Positions 62,566 through 64,000 of a stretch of DNA of 64,000 bases are shown here, in pieces. The DNA lies in NCBI GenBank assembly GCA_965226885.1, contig CBDDEL010000011.1:96001-160000 (forward strand). The letters are read 5' to 3'. This DNA is from Opitutales bacterium (GTDB taxonomy: Bacteria; Verrucomicrobiota; Verrucomicrobiia; Opitutales; UBA2987). The notes under the pieces are model-generated. The model did not search any database, was not told the origin of the DNA, and worked only from the letters and a program-made list of their open reading frames with translations. The translations under genes and the position numbers were made by a program. Each line of letters starts with the position of its first letter. The stretch's first letter is position 1.

Positions 62566-63234
62566 TTAGCGGTGTCGCTTTGCCGACCACTTGACATATT
62601 TGTTAGGGTGAGTCCGGTAAACTTTGGGAGTATCCGTCAATTGCAAAATTTCCTCGCGGTCCATCAGTCGTGGGATTTCCTCGATATTATAAGGGTAACT
62701 TTTGACATTGCCAGGTGGAGTTTTCTTTTGCCGGCCCATAGGGATATGAAATACCGGTTCCCTCAAATCCTCGATTTTTTCACTGGTAACAGTTTCCAAT
62801 TTTCCCGGCCAATTATCTGCGGTTAAGGAAAGGAGGTTCCATAGATCCCTGCCGCTTTCGGCGATGCAATGAAAGGGCAATTCGAGGTTTTCCTGCATTT
62901 GAATCAAGCTGGCTATGGCGGGTAGGCTTCTGTAGGTGAGGATGGGCGTAGATTTGTGAGTGGGAAGAGATCTCCAACCTTGCAGGGCCATGGCGGCAAG
63001 GCGGATTCCGAGCACCGATCCGGGGCCTTCGCAATAAAGAAAACCATCGACCTGTTCTAACTCCATGCCCGCTTCTTGTAGACAGCTTGAAACACCCTCA
63101 AAGAGCGTCTCAAGGGTATCCCCCGGGATGCGCTGAAAGGATAACCATTGGCCGCCTTGCAGCAGCCCCGTCTGGGATTCCAATGCGCTGGCGTCGAGCA
63201 GCAGAAGCGTTTGATGGCGCCGGGTAATTGGCAT
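62566..63234 (-). CDS. TsaB-like tRNA t6A biosynthesis protein (peptidase M22-like)
   Basis: LLLDAS, CEGPGSVLGIR (compare the GPGSFTGLR motif). Confidence 0.7.
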   Translation of the reverse strand: MPITRRHQTLLLLDASALESQTGLLQGGQWLSFQRIPGDTLETLFEGVSSCLQEAGMELEQVDGFLYCEGPGSVLGIRLAAMALQGWRSLPTHKSTPILTYRSLPAIASLIQMQENLELPFHCIAESGRDLWNLLSLTADNWPGKLETVTSEKIEDLREPVFHIPMGRQKKTPPGNVKSYPYNIEEIPRLMDREEILQLTDTPKVYRTHPNKYVKWSAKRHR

Positions 63235-63266
63235 GGGAAGTCAGGCGGAACCCGGGAGTATTCCCT

Positions 63267-64000
63267 TTAGAGATATTGGCGGCGCAAGTTGGTGGGTAGG
63301 ATACCCAGTTCTTCGCGATACTTGGCCACGGTTCGCCGGGCGATTTTGACATCTCGCTCTTTCAAAATATTGACGATATTCTGATCGCTGTACGGTTTGC
63401 TCCGGTTTTCCGTTTCAATGATTTTTGCAATGAGCCCCTTGACTGTTGTGTTGGCTACCGATTTACCGGTTTCGTTGGTGTAGCCAGTGGTGAAAAAATA
63501 TTTGAATTCGAAGACGCCATGGGGAGTGTCTATGTATTTGTTGGACATGGCGCGGCTCACAGTGGTTTCGTGAACGCCTACCTCGTCGGCCACTTGGCTC
63601 ATCGTCAATGGGCGTAAAAAGGACACTCCTTTTTCAAAGAAATCGCACTGCATGCGAAGTATTTCCCGTGTTATGCGCTCAATGGTCTGCTGACGCTGCT
63701 CGATAGAGCTAATGAGAAATTTTCCCGAACGAATTTTCTCCCGGATGTAATCCCGTTCCTGAGGTGACAGTTTTCCCTTGGCCAACATATCCTTATAGGT
63801 TCCGCTCAAGAAAAGTCTTGGTATGTATTCATTATTCAGACTGATTTTCCAATTGTCGCCGTCCTTTTCAACTTTTACATCGGGTTGGACAACGCGGTTG
63901 GTGTCCTCTCCAAATTCCCGGCCGGACGCCGGATCCAGCAGGGAAATTTCCGTAATCAACTTTTGAACTTCCTCAATGCTGACGCCGGTTTTACGGGCAA
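63267..64000 (-). CDS. rpoN: RNA polymerase sigma-54 factor (3' part; 5' end outside window)
   Basis: LRPLTM, HETTVSRA HTH, PYSDQ, ARRTVAKYRE RpoN box. Confidence 0.96.
   Translation of the reverse strand, partial: ARKTGVSIEEVQKLITEISLLDPASGREFGEDTNRVVQPDVKVEKDGDNWKISLNNEYIPRLFLSGTYKDMLAKGKLSPQERDYIREKIRSGKFLISSIEQRQQTIERITREILRMQCDFFEKGVSFLRPLTMSQVADEVGVHETTVSRAMSNKYIDTPHGVFEFKYFFTTGYTNETGKSVANTTVKGLIAKIIETENRSKPYSDQNIVNILKERDVKIARRTVAKYREELGILPTNLRRQYL

Overview
Bacterial chromosomal window, most likely Verrucomicrobiota (Opitutia-like). This assignment is an inference from the tRNA-Thr/tuf/tRNA-Trp/secE gene order, the PVC-type EF-Tu switch-I sequence and the DUF1800/DUF1501 pair. The window has three zones. 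(1) 1-11.5 kb: the pntA/pntB transhydrogenase genes, followed by a degraded IS hotspot. It holds five insertions (IS3 with a nested IS1, a second IS1, two IS1380 copies), all with readable inverted repeats and target-site duplications. They split a Tat-exported sugar-phosphate isomerase gene and an AT-rich SIR2-like gene. An MscS gene closes the zone. (2) 11.5-49 kb: a TPR/ExbB/ExbD/TonB-like module, then the core transcription/translation supercluster (tuf, secE, nusG, rpl/rps, rpoBC, fusA, secY, map, rpoA). (3) 49-64 kb: hisDCBH, gltA, a GNAT gene with a nonsense codon, DUF1501, a DUF1800 gene split by an IS21 with a frameshifted istA, alr, a tsaB-like gene and the 3' part of rpoN. The most unusual observations are a 400-aa ribosomal protein uS11 carrying six 37-aa tandem repeats, a recurrent short tandem-duplication signature across the window, a putative three-way-junction RNA in front of rplL, and a CC-ATG start context largely lacking Shine-Dalgarno sequences. 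No CRISPR array or rRNA was seen. All product calls come from motif recognition by eye; no database search was run.
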